NCBI RefSeq assembly: GCF_009914755.1
Contig: NC_060933.1
From: the human T2T-CHM13v2.0 reference genome, Homo sapiens
Length of the DNA: 64,000 nt
Direction: 5' to 3' (one strand)
Shown: positions 33,588 to 48,897 of the stretch, piece after piece
Layout of the letters: each line of letters starts with the position of its first letter
How positions within the stretch are numbered: the stretch's first letter is position 1
The notes under the pieces: generated by a model
Told to the model about the DNA's origin: nothing
Seen by the model: the letters and a program-made list of their open reading frames with translations, nothing else
The model's database searches: none
Program-made: the position numbers and the translations under genes

Positions 33588-34936
33588 GAAAGGGAGGACA
33601 GAAAGGGTAGAACCCAGAGACAAGGAAGGTAAATTAGCAAGAGAACAGCAGAAAGGTGAAAGTAAAGTAGCTGAATCTCTTAAGCTCCAAGCACCCTTCC
33701 TTTTATATGATAAGTTATTTATTGAATGAATGGATTTTTAAGTTTGGTTGATTACAGGTTTCAGAATTGAAGTTTCCTTCAACTTCCTTTAAAACTTTAA
33801 GACCTCACAGTCTGTATGTTTATCAAAACATCATGTTGTACACCTTAGATATATATACTTTTTACTACTCAATTATACCTCAGTAAAGCTAGGTGGAAAA
33901 TTTAAGCTATAAAAAAGGCATTTCAGTTTTTCTCATTGTATTGTCATTTGAAAGTTACTATTAATTTGTTTCTTACACAATTGTCTATAAAACTGTGTAC
34001 TCATTCGTTGCTTCTGGTTGTATTTCCCTTACAACTAGTTTTTCAGTTTTCAAACACACATTTTATAATATGTACAGTATGGGAACAACTTAAAGATGTT
34101 TGAGATGAATATTTGTGGGAACTCACTTTTTTTAATGCTTCATAGGGAAGATTTTCCTGTATCCCACTAGGAAAGGACATAACAATGATTTAGGGCTTAG
34201 TCCTAGGAACTTAAAATCATTTATCCTGAAAACAATGCATGCTATAGAGTAGTTGTCCTTACCTTGCAGGTGGGGAGGTCAGTTCAGCTGATCATCTACT
34301 GTTTAGAAGACTAGCTAGAATTCAAGCCCAGGTTTGTGTTCCTTTCCCTCTCCATACCTGTTTACCTCTCTAAATTGCCAGTTTTCCTGCATTCTTCAGG
34401 AGAAATCTTGCTCCTACCTGGGTCATTCTCAGCATACAGCTTTCTAAGGAAATTTGAAGTGTTCTAATCTCCCATCAATAAGTGTTAGGTTAAATGACTT
34501 AAACATTTTCTGGTGGTTTTGATATATAGGTGATATAATGAGGAAGTAGAAAAAGCATAATCTGGATAAATGGGAGCATATATTATATATAATGTATGTT
34601 ATTTCTTTCATAATTAAATAGCATTAATGGAAATCAGAATGGGAAAAATGCATTATAAATCAAATTACTTAAAAATTGCATCATCCCTTTCTAATGCTTA
34701 CATATTTGCATATTCTCCTTTGCATATTTGTATAATCAGAGCATAGATGCAATTTCAAACCATGTTTCTAACACAACTGTTTATTATAATCATTTTTATA
34801 TGTTACTATACAGTCTTCATAGTTATTTTTATGACTTTAATATCCCAGTTGTAGATTTATTTTCTATTATTGGATAGTTAATTTGTAATTTTTTTTCTCA
34901 TAATAGCATTGTATTGAACATGTGGAGCTATTTTAA

Positions 34937-35248
<312 letters not shown>

Positions 35249-36378
35249 CTATTTTAATATTTCGGATTATTTCCTTGGGCTTCTGAAATGTATTGCCAAA
35301 TTACTTTCTAAAAGTGGTTAACCAATTTACATTGCTTTCAGTTTCTTAACCAATGTTATCAGCGTTCTGAAAGTTTTTCAGTGAGAGTAGTATCCTAACT
35401 ATGAATTCTTATTCTCTGATTTCTAGAAATATAATGAGAGAGGTCAGCATTGTCTGCAACCACTTACCCCAATGGGTGTATGACCAAATATGTTTTGGAG
35501 AATCTTACAATAAAGGCTCAAAGAAATCCTTCTTGAAAGACTGGACTTCGTTAACCCGCATTTCCAAAACTTATTTAAAATGGGATTAATTTTTCTCATA
35601 TAATCCATTAACAAACATCTTTGGGAAATGCCAGCCATATAATATCTGCGGGAAAAGGAATCTGCTTATGATGCAATAGATACTTTTTGGGTAAAAAATC
35701 TCATGTAGGGGAAGCGGTAAGGCCGTCTGTTCTAACATCATGCCACTCCAGTGGTAAGAGACCTAGCCTGGTTTATTTATTCACTAAATAAATGTGCTGA
35801 GAGCCTATTTATGTGCTAACTGCGGTAACTATTGGGGACATAGGAGTTAACAAAGTCAAGTCCCTGTCCCCAAGTAGACGATAAAGTGGGAAGACTGAAC
35901 ATTATATATGCAACCATTTAGGGGAAGCTTCTGTACACATTGTTTTGCATGGAATAGGTTTTCATTTGAAGAATATTTGAGTGCTTTCTATAAACAATGT
36001 TAATCCCTGGGTTAAACAAAAAATAGACACATTACACTTACCATCAAAAAGGTCATCTACTGGGAAAACATAAATAATTATAATATGGAATGATAATTAC
36101 TGTGATGGTATTTACATAGTGTGCTGTAGAAACACAAAGGAAGGGAACCTAGTTCACCTTACGGGTTCCTCTGGTAGGGATTTGGTTCACTTAAGAGTTT
36201 TATGCCACTGTCGTAGAACTGAACACATATTTGTTTCAGTGCGTGACTGCTGTGAACTAAAAACATCTTAATTGACAAAGACAATACCTAATTTTGATTT
36301 AGAACATAAATTTACCAAATTCTGCCCACCTATTTGCTATATTATGATCAGTGCAATCTTTATGTTACTTCTGTATAA

Positions 36379-36715
<337 letters not shown>

Positions 36716-39491
36716 TGTAAGTCAATTTTTATCTGTTCCATCATGGAAAAGAGAGCAAGATTGGAGTAAGAATCTTATATTGCATATGCATGAAATTTTA
36801 AAAAATGGTTACAGGATAGCCAAAAAAGTCAATACACCCATTAACAGTCTGGAAACTGACTATACTGTAGCAGATGGGAGGTGCGAAGTAGAGCTTTGGT
36901 CTATCAGTCTGTCCTTGGTATCATCAAGTACTGAAGAAATTCTGACCCTTGTAGGATGTGATAGGAAAAAAATGAAGCCCATGAAAACTATAATTTAAAA
37001 AAATTAAATAGTAATTTTAAATTATAAAGGTTGCTTACCACTGATTCAGGAGAAAGACAGGTTAGAGATACTGTTTGAGGATTGCAGGCAAGGCTTGTCT
37101 GTATAATTTTGATTGTTTCTTTGATAATAGAGGTAAAATATGTTATTAGCTATGTTGCAGAGCAGGATTAACTTGGCCTCTGCCCAGTAATTATCACGTG
37201 TTCATATGCAAGAAAGACAGTCATTGAGAAGTCTGATGCAAGAGAGACATCTTTGTAACAGGCCCACAATTATTTTTTAGGGGAATTGGAGGCAGAATGA
37301 AGTCATTGGCAATTTATCTCTCTGTGATCTTTCTATCACTATATAAATACCTAACTTACAAAGCAGCTCTAGTTGCCATTTCCCCCTTTCTCCTTAAATG
37401 GATGAATGTTTGTGATTTAGCATAAAGTTCATGAACTAAGAAAAGCAGTTGGGCACAGAATCCTGTATCTTTCCACGCAGTGTATCTTAATACCTTTAAC
37501 TGTCTGTTAAAATAATGCTTTTAGTTTTACCTTTCCATAATGAATTGCCATCACCAGGCTTAGCAAATGAAACAGATTACTTATGGTAACCGTAAGTAGT
37601 TATGCACTCCAGATCCTTGACAGAGCCTTCCCAAAGGACAGGCAATGTCTTTCAAAATCCTATTACAAGATTTTATTTGCAGATGCTAGGAACAGAAGGC
37701 TAGAGCCTCCATAGTTTATTGCTACTCAACTTCATCAGGTCTGCTCACTCTATTGAAAACTGTGGCAAAAATGATATACATCAGCTCTTTTATTTTTTTG
37801 TTACCACTCTGTGCAAATAAAAGCATATTGGGGAATTTAATGAAGCAGTATGTCCTTGGAGGGAGCTTTAAAGATTCTGAGTGTACAACTATTTGTCTTT
37901 AATACTGGAGGTTTCTGTGTAAAACTGGCAGGAGCAAAATAAAGTCTTCACAGACCAATGTTTGCCACATACACACTTGAATCGCACAAATGTCTACGCA
38001 GCGGTGACCTTGGAGATGGATGCATTCAGTGACTATTATAGTGGCTTTTGAGGTGTGTCAGGGAGTAGTTAGGACAGTGAAAACTACAGCAGAGCTGCTG
38101 GAACTGTGGGATTGTTTTGGAGATGGTCGGCTACCTCAGGAAGTGAAGACTGTGATGTTCAAACAAAAAATTGGGGGAGGGGTTGATTACTCAACAAATT
38201 ACCCAATTCAACCCAAGGACACATTCTGGACTCTGTGCTTGATGAGAGTACATCTTAGCTTGCTTTGGCCTTCTCAGGTATAGTGGCTTTTCATCAGAAT
38301 CTGGGAAAAGTAGCAGTGATGGATCTGTGCTGCAAAGGTCTAGGCACACAGGAAGAATAGCATTCCTTTGCTTGTCATGAGGTATAGGCTTCAGGTTATA
38401 TGGGATTCCTGGCCTGCCAGCTTAACTCTCCTTACTAGTGACCTGTAAGAACACAAGTATATGTTGATAACCTTGTCAGAAGGATACTCTTGATTGTGCG
38501 TAAATTTCTAAGCTTCAGTACTTTGTTAGTAGTTAATACTTTTATACCTCCCAGTTGATCAGAAAAAAATATAAGAGTATGAGTGGTGCTGTAATTGTGA
38601 AATGGCAGCCCAAATGGTATTGGAATCTATAATGGTTGGTCTCTTACTTGTTTGCAGGCTTAACCCTGCCCATATACCACTTCTCTTCCCTGGGACCAGC
38701 CTCCGAGGCTGCTATTTATTGTTACTTTGAATGTCGGAGAATGCAGTTCTCTGGCTTAGTCTGGGGGAATGCCAAAGGAGCATGTAGTCCTTTAGCCTGT
38801 CAGAAATTCCAAGTTGCAGCACCTCTAGATATATGTGACCAGATAGTACTTAACTCATTGTTAGTAGGAATCTCACCAGTGACATCTACATGAAAATATT
38901 ATTCCAGTAGCTTAGTAAATATAACCCTACACAATAAGTGTCAGAAAACAAAGGAAGATATTTTTCCTCATTTCTGAGGCTGAAAGGCCTCTTCCTAACT
39001 GGAGCCACAAAATCTTTAGTGTGTAAAAAAATCTTGAAATGAAGTGAGAAATGGCTGATTTCTTTTTTTAAAGCAACTTAATGTCCTGTTTGCTACTAAA
39101 CATTTCTGGGTGTAATAATTCTTATTTAGCAGTCAATATTTCCCCATGATAACAACCAAGAATTTTTAGAATGTTTTGGGGCACAAAACACATTCTATTT
39201 TAGACACTGAAAGATCATTTTAATGTTTGCCTCAGAATATAAGCTGCAAAAGTTTATGAGGTAATTTCAACAGTTCTCACAAACGTTTCCTTAATGTTCC
39301 CCATGTCTATTCCTGCAGTACCTTTTCTGTCTCTATCTTGGCAAATCTCATGCTATCGTAGTACTTGGTTTGTCTCTTTCCCACTTAAACTAGAGCTCTG
39401 GGGCTGTCTTACTTGTTGCATCTCAAGTATTTTGTGTGGTGCCCAGTATTTATTTGAAGAATCAAAGAAATGCTTAAGAATATTTTCTGAA

Positions 39492-39791
<300 letters not shown>

Positions 39792-40859
39792 TCATATAAT
39801 TGACTCTAACCTTTTTATAGCACATTTTCCATTATTTTAAAACCTGGTGTATGAAGGAAAGATTGATAGCATTAGGTAGTACTCTTATTGTATTACTTAT
39901 AAGAATTTTTTGGGAAGCTTTGTACTTCTGCCTTAATTAGGAGAAAGTCATACAGGCAGTAAGCACAGAGTATGAAAAGGGAGCAGGAATATTCAGTCTT
40001 TGCCTTTAGATATTACCCAGATGTCTTCTGACTTCCAGGGTTTTGGACCCTACCTGCCTCAATATTTGAGACCTAGTAACTCTTTTTGTATGTAATCTGG
40101 ATCGTTGATAATGCTTGTCTGATCTTTTGATACCTTCCTAATCCTGCCAGCCTGGCCTAATTCTGTGCACTTGATGCATAATTGCCAGACCTTTTCTACT
40201 TAATTGGCCCCTGGCGTTGGCCCACCCTGCCTGCCATATCACTGTTGATCCCTCCAGTGACGGCTAATTTGACCTAATTGTTTATAACATATCACTTACC
40301 AAAACCTCTGTGTTTTACTATTATCTGCAAATACATTTATTCAACAACTGTATCTTTATTTGCAATAACATGGAAATTTAGATTAAAACATTTTACAGAT
40401 TTGTTTACTAAAAAAAATACACCCTTACTATAGCATATCAAATTCACCAGAAGGCCTTGGGTTTAGTTATTAGGGCTCATGGTGAATGTGGAGTCTAAGA
40501 CATAGTAGTACTATGACTTCTCTAAGAGATACCATGGAAGCTAAAAAATTAGATATCTATGCTGTACAAAATATAGGAAGGCATGTGAAGGTGTTACACA
40601 TTGTTCCTCCCTAACTTTAAGGATATAAATGTACAAACAAGAGGTATGTGCCAGCTGTGGTCTGACTTAGAATTGTTCTTGAATTCTCCAGTAGTAGTAT
40701 TAGAAATTGTAATTCTGCCTTCCAGATTACTAACCTTGTATATGTGTGCAAAAAAAGCCTGTACTGTGGATATTGTTGTAGGAATATATTCACACACTTA
40801 TTTTTAAACATTAAAAAACCTTTTATTATGGAAAATCTCAAACCTTCATTTTAGCCATT

Positions 40860-41464
40860 TTTGGAAATCTTTTAAATCTTCTTTTGTACCTCCAAGTTTG
40901 TCTGGTATCAATTCCTTGTGCCTGAAGAACTTTCCTTAACATTTCTTACAGTTCAGGTCTATGGCTAATAAATTCTGTCACGTGTTTTGGTTTGAAAAGT
41001 GTTCATGTCTGAGAGATCTTCTGTCAGCGTAGAATTTGGGGTTGGTAGTTGTTTTTTTTTTCGTTTTCCTTTCAGCGATTTAAAGATGTCATTCTGTGGT
41101 TTTCTACTTTTCATAGTTTCTAACAAGAAGACTACTGTAATCTTTGTTTTTCTGTATGTGATGTGTCTTTTTTTACCCCTCTGGCTGCCTTCAAGAAGAT
41201 CTTTGTATCTTTGGCTTTCAAGGGTTTGAGTATAATAGGTGTAGGGGGTGTGTGTTTGTGTATTTATTCTGCTTGGGATTCTCTGAACTTCTTGGATCTG
41301 TGCTTTGATTTCTTTCATTATTTTTGGAAAATTTGCAGTCATTTTTTTCAAATATTTCCTCTGCCTCATTCTGTCTTCTTCTTGGATTTCAATTACATGT
41401 ATGTCATATCATTTGTTATTATCCTATAGTTCTTGGATGCTTTATTCTGGTTTTTAAATTTTGA

Positions 41465-41512
<48 letters not shown>

Positions 41513-41680
41513 CAGTTTGGATAATTTCTGTTAACCTGTCTTTGAGTATACTGATTTTTTTCCTTGCCTGTGTTTAGTACACTGATGAGCCTGAGAAAGG
41601 CATTCTTCATCTTTGTTACCATGTTTGTTTGTTTGTTTTTAGTATCCCTGGATCCTGTCTTACAGTTCCTGTTTTTCTGC
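40860..41680 (-). mobile_element. L1M ORF1-region relic
   Basis: Minus frame 40965-41369 reads NFPKIMKEIKAQIQEVQRIPSRIN...ITYRKTKI...ETMKSRK.QNDIFKSLK, which is L1 ORF1p-like. Confidence 0.85.
41468..41510 (+). repeat. (TG)~21 microsatellite
   Basis: Perfect dinucleotide run. Confidence 0.97.
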
Positions 41681-42324
41681 TAGAGTTTGAGGACTCAGGT
41701 TTCAGACATAGATTTTCCACTTGTTTTCTTTGATTTTTGTTTTCCTATTCTATAAATTAGAAAAGTCAGGAGTATATAGTAATTAACAGAATTGTTTTAG
41801 GAATCAAATGCGGTCATAGATAATATAAATGTATGCCCTTGGGCAAGCCTCTTCTCTTCTCTGGGTTTCAATCACTCTCACTAAAGGCTTGGATTATATG
41901 ATTATTTTGGTACTATTCAGTTCCTAAACCGCAAGATCCTGTGAAGGGGAGAGACCTAACATTTACTGAAAGCCTGGTATTAATCTCATGTGGAATCTGA
42001 GAAAGGGGTAAAATCACATTTAAAAAGTGCTGTTGCAAAACAGTTTACTTTTGCTAGGTCTATGCAGAATTTTAATTGGAAGAAACAGCATTAAATCCTG
42101 TTGCCACTTGGTTAAATCTGTTAAAGAATTATTAAAAATTTTCAACTCTTCGGTTTTCTGACTCACTTGAGAAACTTCATGGCTCATAACACATCTCACT
42201 TGCTTTCCCTGTACCAACAGGATTTAAAATTATTGAGTTGGCTCCCAAATTTTTCAATGTGAGGAGAAACTAATTGAGGTTATTGCTTTTTACTAACTAG
42301 TACAAATAAAAAATAGTCTTATTG

Positions 42325-42540
42325 GAATAGGCTTTGGAGTCACAGACTTGGGGCGGGGAGTGGGGGGGAGGGCGCCAAAGACTGATTGTGCAGGTGTGAA
42401 ACCTTAGGCTGATTATTTAACTTCTGAGCCTGAGTTTCCTCATCTGTGAAATAGAGACGATACCTACATGAGCTGTTTTGAATGTAGAAGACATAATATT
42501 TGTAAAGCTTTGAGTCTAATGTCTGATTAATAGTAATCAA
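42325..42540 (+). mobile_element. MIR carrying a G-rich insert
   Basis: ggctttggagtcacagacttg...ttaacttctgagcctgagtttcctcatctgtgaaat. Confidence 0.7.
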
Positions 42541-43979
42541 TAACTGATGGCATTAACAATGGCAGCTAAAATGAAATATGCCACCATTAAGTCAAAATTT
42601 TAGTACGTATAAGGGAAAAAGAGTTTAATATTCTTTATATCCTTTTTAGTGGGAAGGTCCACTTGGTAAAAGGATATTTTAATAACAGAGAGAGGGTTAA
42701 CTGAAAAGTATTGATGAATAATAATAACCAAGAATTGAGTGCATGCTGTGTGACTGGTGCTCACATTTGCTTCTCAAAACAGCCCTGTGAAGTAAGCCAC
42801 CCCTCCTCCGCTAAGTGTTCCTTTGTCCAAGTGAGGGTGATCACTTTTGTTCTTCCATACTACTTAAGACTCTGTCAGTATTTTTTATATGTAACTCCTA
42901 CCCTCTCTCCACTTCTCATTCCCAGTGAAAGAATTTCTGTGTATTTAGCACAGACGTGACCCACAGCAAGTTGAATCGACTTGTTGAGATGTTGAATCTT
43001 TGTATTTTTCTGGTCAAAAATGAACTATCTCTGTATGTTATAGATGAAAATTTAGGCATTAATGAACTGAATGTTGGTCTAAGGTAAAAATACTAAGAAA
43101 ATAGTTGGGGATAAAGAAACTACACAACCAACCTGAGGCTTCTCCCTTTCTTCCCTCCCCATACATGCTGTTTGTTAAGACAAACAAATACAGCATTTCA
43201 AAGTAGCTTTTGCTTTATAAACTACCATAGAGTAAACGTAATGAATATCAAACATGTGTCCAAATTCTCTGTTTGGAAGCAGTTTTACTGTAATGGGTAC
43301 TATTCAAGACTGAAATTATTTAATACAAAGAAACATTCTTTATTCACACTGTGAACAACTGTCTTCCAAAATACAGACCACAATACAGGCATTCTTATAT
43401 GAATAATACAGAGAATTATGTCAAATTATTTTGCAGTTTTTCCTAGTCATAACAAAGTTTCCACAAAAGTGCGTTCTTGATCATAGATTTTAGAGTTGGA
43501 AGGAACCTAAGAGATCCAGACTAACTCCTTCCTGCCACCCAGAGATATGAAGCAATTTATCTAAATTCATGTAGCTAACTAATGACAGAGCCAGGGAGAG
43601 AACCAGTCCTTCATCTCTTACGCCACAATGCTACATTCCTCTGGGAAAAAAACTGCCTACTCATTCTTGGTTTTTAATGCTAGTTAGAGTCTTAGGGTAA
43701 GGTTTTTTTCCATGACTAACTAGTGCTCTTTTGTTTTCTGTGTGGGTGTTTGGGAACAAGCTAACTGGTTGTGTTTTTTGTTTTGTTCTGTTCATAACAA
43801 TTATACAGTGTAAGGCAATAACAAAGCATTTGTTTAACACTTTAGGGGTTAGGAAGAAATTGTTTTAACTCCAATTCTCCGCCCTCATTGTTGATAGGCA
43901 GATATTTTAAAGTTGTGTTTTTTCATCTGGGGTTTGAATTCCCTAAATTCTTATGAAAATTATGTGAATATATGCTTAC

Positions 43980-44281
<302 letters not shown>

Positions 44282-44904
44282 TGTGCTTACATATTAAGAA
44301 AAGAATCTGTAGTTTTCATCAGGTTATCAAAGGATACATAGTTCAACACTATGGTTTTAGAGGGAGAGAGAACTAAGCCTGGTTGCACTCTATATATACT
44401 AATTGTACCAGAGGGCTCCCTTATCTCCAGCCCCCTCCTGCTCATGCCCTTTCCTCCTGACAAGACTTTTCCAAATAGCTTCCTGGATCTTGTCACGGAA
44501 GCCACTGGAGGCCTGAACCTTCTCAGAGGAACCTTTCCCATAGGTTTTCCAAGGATACCTTCTTTCTCCCTTCACTGCTTACTGTTTCCAGGAGAGGGTG
44601 TGAGACTCGGGCATTTTTGTTCATTAGAAAGCTCAGGGGGGTTATTTCAGTTAGATTTCCATTAAAAGGGATTTGTGAGCTGACCCGAGATCCTAAGACT
44701 ATTGAAATAAGAAAAAAAAAAATGCAGTTGGAATTCCAGTCAATACTTTGCAAGTTAACTTTTAGAATGCCGCTAGTTCTGTAGTTCAGGATTCTCTGTG
44801 TTTGATCTAGAAACTAACATTTTCTAGGAACAAAATGAAAATGCATGGATTGTTTAGGAGCTGCACAGATCTGTCTATAGAAACTGAATTTTTTTTTGAC
44901 TTAG

Positions 44905-45253
<349 letters not shown>

Positions 45254-45819
45254 TAGGAATCCATTTTGATGGGCATCTTTCCTAGAAGAGAACATATATA
45301 TAAACAGCACATTCTAACTTTTTTTTTAAGTTTAGCATCTGGACACACAAAGAAAAAGCTAGCATTAAGAGTGAAGTTGGAAGAGTGTATTCATTTATTT
45401 ATTCATTTTTAAAAAGCCCTCACTGAGTACATATTATGAACCCTCAGGCATCATGTTAGATGCCGAGAAATAAGCCTGGTCTCTTCCTTATGACACTCAC
45501 AGTCTGCTGGGACACAGCATAACAAATAAGAATGACAATTTAGCCTGCTAAAAACTCTAATACAGGTACCAAAAAAGCGATGAACTCAGTACCGGGCCTG
45601 GCCAGGAAGAGGGGTGGGAGTAGGGCCAGTGGAGTTATTAGCTGTGGGGGTTAGCATAAACGTCACAGAAAAGGTGACAAATATTTGAGTTGTGTCTTAA
45701 AGGTTCAATAGAAACTTGTTTGGCAAAGAAGGGCTCTAGCTATAGCTGGTGTATTTGTGCCCTTCTAACTTTAACTAAACTTAGCATTTAACACTCTCTT
45801 ATTTTGTATTTCCAATTAG

Positions 45820-45909
45820 AGCTCCAAACGAGAATGGAAGCCGCTGGAGGACCGTAGCTGCACAGACATACCATGGCTGCTGCTCTTCATCCTCTTCTGC
45901 ATTGGGATG
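45820..45909 (+). CDS. SLC44A1: SLC44A1/CTL1 internal coding exon (probably exon 2), 90 bp, phase 0-0
   Basis: Pyrimidine tract plus TAG acceptor at 45817-45819; GTAAGG donor at 45910. Translates [30 protein letters not shown], containing the CTL-family R-x-C-T-D motif and the start of TM1. Matches recalled human CTL1 residues ~13-42. Confidence 0.97.
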
Positions 45910-46341
45910 GTAAGGAAACTCTCACAGATGGTCCAAACTGGACTCATGATCCAAGGGAATGACGAGTAGTTGTTTTAATGAGGGCAGTTGTGGAATATAC
46001 CAGTCCTCATACAATTCAGTGGTATTTTGTGTCACTCTTGATTTGTTTTTCTACATGAAAACTGAGCTCAAATTAAGGAGCAGCTGGGACTCATATGCCA
46101 TTCAATAGACCATTTCAGAAAGCAAATCATTTGACGTAAGTCTCTGAATGTTGATCTTGATAGAGTGGTGAGCAAAACAGTGACCATGAGTCATGAGCCC
46201 TGCATATTCACCCAACCCAGTCACACCAACTTGTTGGTTATCTTTAGGGCAGTCATTTCCTCTCAGGGACTTGGTGTTCCACAGTTCTTCCTAGATGGGA
46301 GGCTGGTTGCTCACTGCTCCTTCCTCCTTCTGCCTGTCCTA

Positions 46342-46499
46342 GGCCCCTGCTGCCTTCTGTGTCTGCTGTAATGAGTGGCATCTTTCGATTGGAGATGAAG
46401 GGACCTGGTGGTTTTCCAACGGCCCCTGCTGCCTGCTGTGTCTGCTGTAATGAGTGGCATCTTTCAATTAGAGATCAAGGGACCTGGTGATTTTCCAGT
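46342..46499 (+). repeat. Tandem duplication, 2 x 79 bp
   Basis: Units 46342-46420 and 46421-46499, 72/79 identical by manual alignment. Confidence 0.93.
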
Positions 46500-46679
46500 G
46501 GGTATAGAGAATGGAGGAGCAGAGTTGCTGGTATAAGGTATTAAGGATGTGCACATTCAATTGCATACTCACTCTGCCCTACAGGAGTTTCTGACACAGA
46601 CTTCAGTGGCATTAGAGTCCCTGCCAGTGTGCTGGGCTGGAAAAAACATAGAAAACTGCTATTTTTAAAGCGGTCTGAT

Positions 46680-46855
46680 ATTTAGAAGTAGAAAGGACAT
46701 GGAAATCCTCATCTAGTCCATCGCCCTTATTTTACAGATTAAAAACATCAAACTCAGAGATGGAAATTACTATCCCAAGGCCACACTGCTAGTTCATGAC
46801 AGAGCTGAGAACAGAGCCCAGGTCTGTTCACTTCCAGATCAATGCTGTTTTCTAA
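46680..46855 (-). mobile_element. MIR
   Basis: catctagtcca...ttttacagat...actcagaga...cccaaggccacactgctagt. Confidence 0.7.
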
Positions 46856-47349
46856 CACCCCATTTCCTCTTCCTCAAGGGGACTCTGCAGATACATTATT
46901 GCTCTCTCTTTCTTAGTCTTCTACAATTCAAAATGCAATTACACTACCTCAGGCAGCCTTGTTCCTACTCATGTGTATTTTTAACCCCCTTCTTACTATA
47001 CCTTTTATAGAGTTTCTTTATGAAAATCTTGCTCTTTGTCTCCTCTGACTGCCCACCAGGCCAGCGCCATTTGTGAATCACAGAACAACTGTCATCTTGG
47101 CTAATAGGCACAATTGTAGGTACCAGTTCTGCCTCTGAGAAAAGGAAAAGAAAGCAATACATTTTAATGAGATACGATAAATCCAGTAAAATAAGGAGTG
47201 TTTATTTTAAAGATAAAAGCACCGTTTCACCAAATTTAGGATATTTAGGAAAGGTCAAAATACTCATCTCCTAACTTAATGACTTAAAAGATATTGCTCA
47301 AAAGTTTACTTAGTTTAATGGAATGGCAGCTGAAATATAACATGCATGA

Positions 47350-47669
<320 letters not shown>

Positions 47670-48897
47670 ATAGAAAGATTCTTTGATAACAGAATTAGTC
47701 CACAGCCTTTCCCCACTCCCTGAATGTAACCCTGGGACAAATAGCAGCTGACCTTTCAAAATTGTTTACAAAAACATGTACCATGCCACCCGAGGTGCTT
47801 TGGATTTTCTGTGCTAAAACAGGTCAGGAAAGTGCAATCATTAATGTTAATAGGCTGATTTGGGAGTGACTTGAGACTAAGGAGTTATTTGTTTACTGAA
47901 ACATTTTAATGCAATGGTAATTAATATAATGTTGATTTCAGTATGATGGTAATTAAGACCCACTGTGTGTACTTTTAAATGTTGGCATAGCATTATTTGT
48001 TTTCGAATGATTCCTTTAATGGATTACTACCTTCATGGAATTGAGCTAACATCGTATTTTGCCATGTGGAAATAAGAAATCTCAAAGTTCTATTCCTTGG
48101 CACAACAGAGATTCAGCATTTTTTGGCTTCTGAGTATTTGTTTTAAACGATTTTTAGACGATTTCTCTCTCTTTGGATTTCATTCTATAGTACTTTTAAA
48201 ATAAACATTTAACAAACATTTGTTGGGCATTAATCTATGCTCAACACTTTAGTACGTGTATATATATATATCTGTATGTATCTTTTAAATTTTTTTCAAT
48301 GAAATAGGTTTTATCCCCTGCTTATAGACAAAGTATAGCAAGGTTAAATATTAGCTTGTCTAAGAATATACTGCTGGAAATAAGTGGCAAAGATAGAATA
48401 GGAACTGGAACTTTCTGGCTATGTCCTTTTAATCGAGTGGCCCAGCTGCCTGCTTCTCTTACAGATTATTTCTTCTTAGTAATCTTGCAGCCTGACACTC
48501 AAACCATACCTTTATTCTCTGACTTTATTTGCAGTTTTTTGCTGATTTTTTGATACCTATGGTCTAGTTCTTAAATATTCTAAGATCTTGTCATCTTTCA
48601 CTCATCTCTACCATTAAATCTTATACATGTTCATCTCTTCATCAATATTTGTACTTCTCTTTTATTTCTTCCCTTAGTTTCAAGGTTTTTCTAATGCTTG
48701 AGTTGTCTAGAACTTAGAGTGTTTTTCAAAGCAAGTTGCTGTCAGCCTTCTTAAGTTCTATCTTCTACATTTGAACTTTCATCACTATTTTGGAATTACT
48801 GGGCATATACTTAACTCTGCTCCAAAGAATTACTTGTAACATTGCACATTTGTATAAATATACAAATATAAATTTGTATATTTCATTAAGGCAGTAA

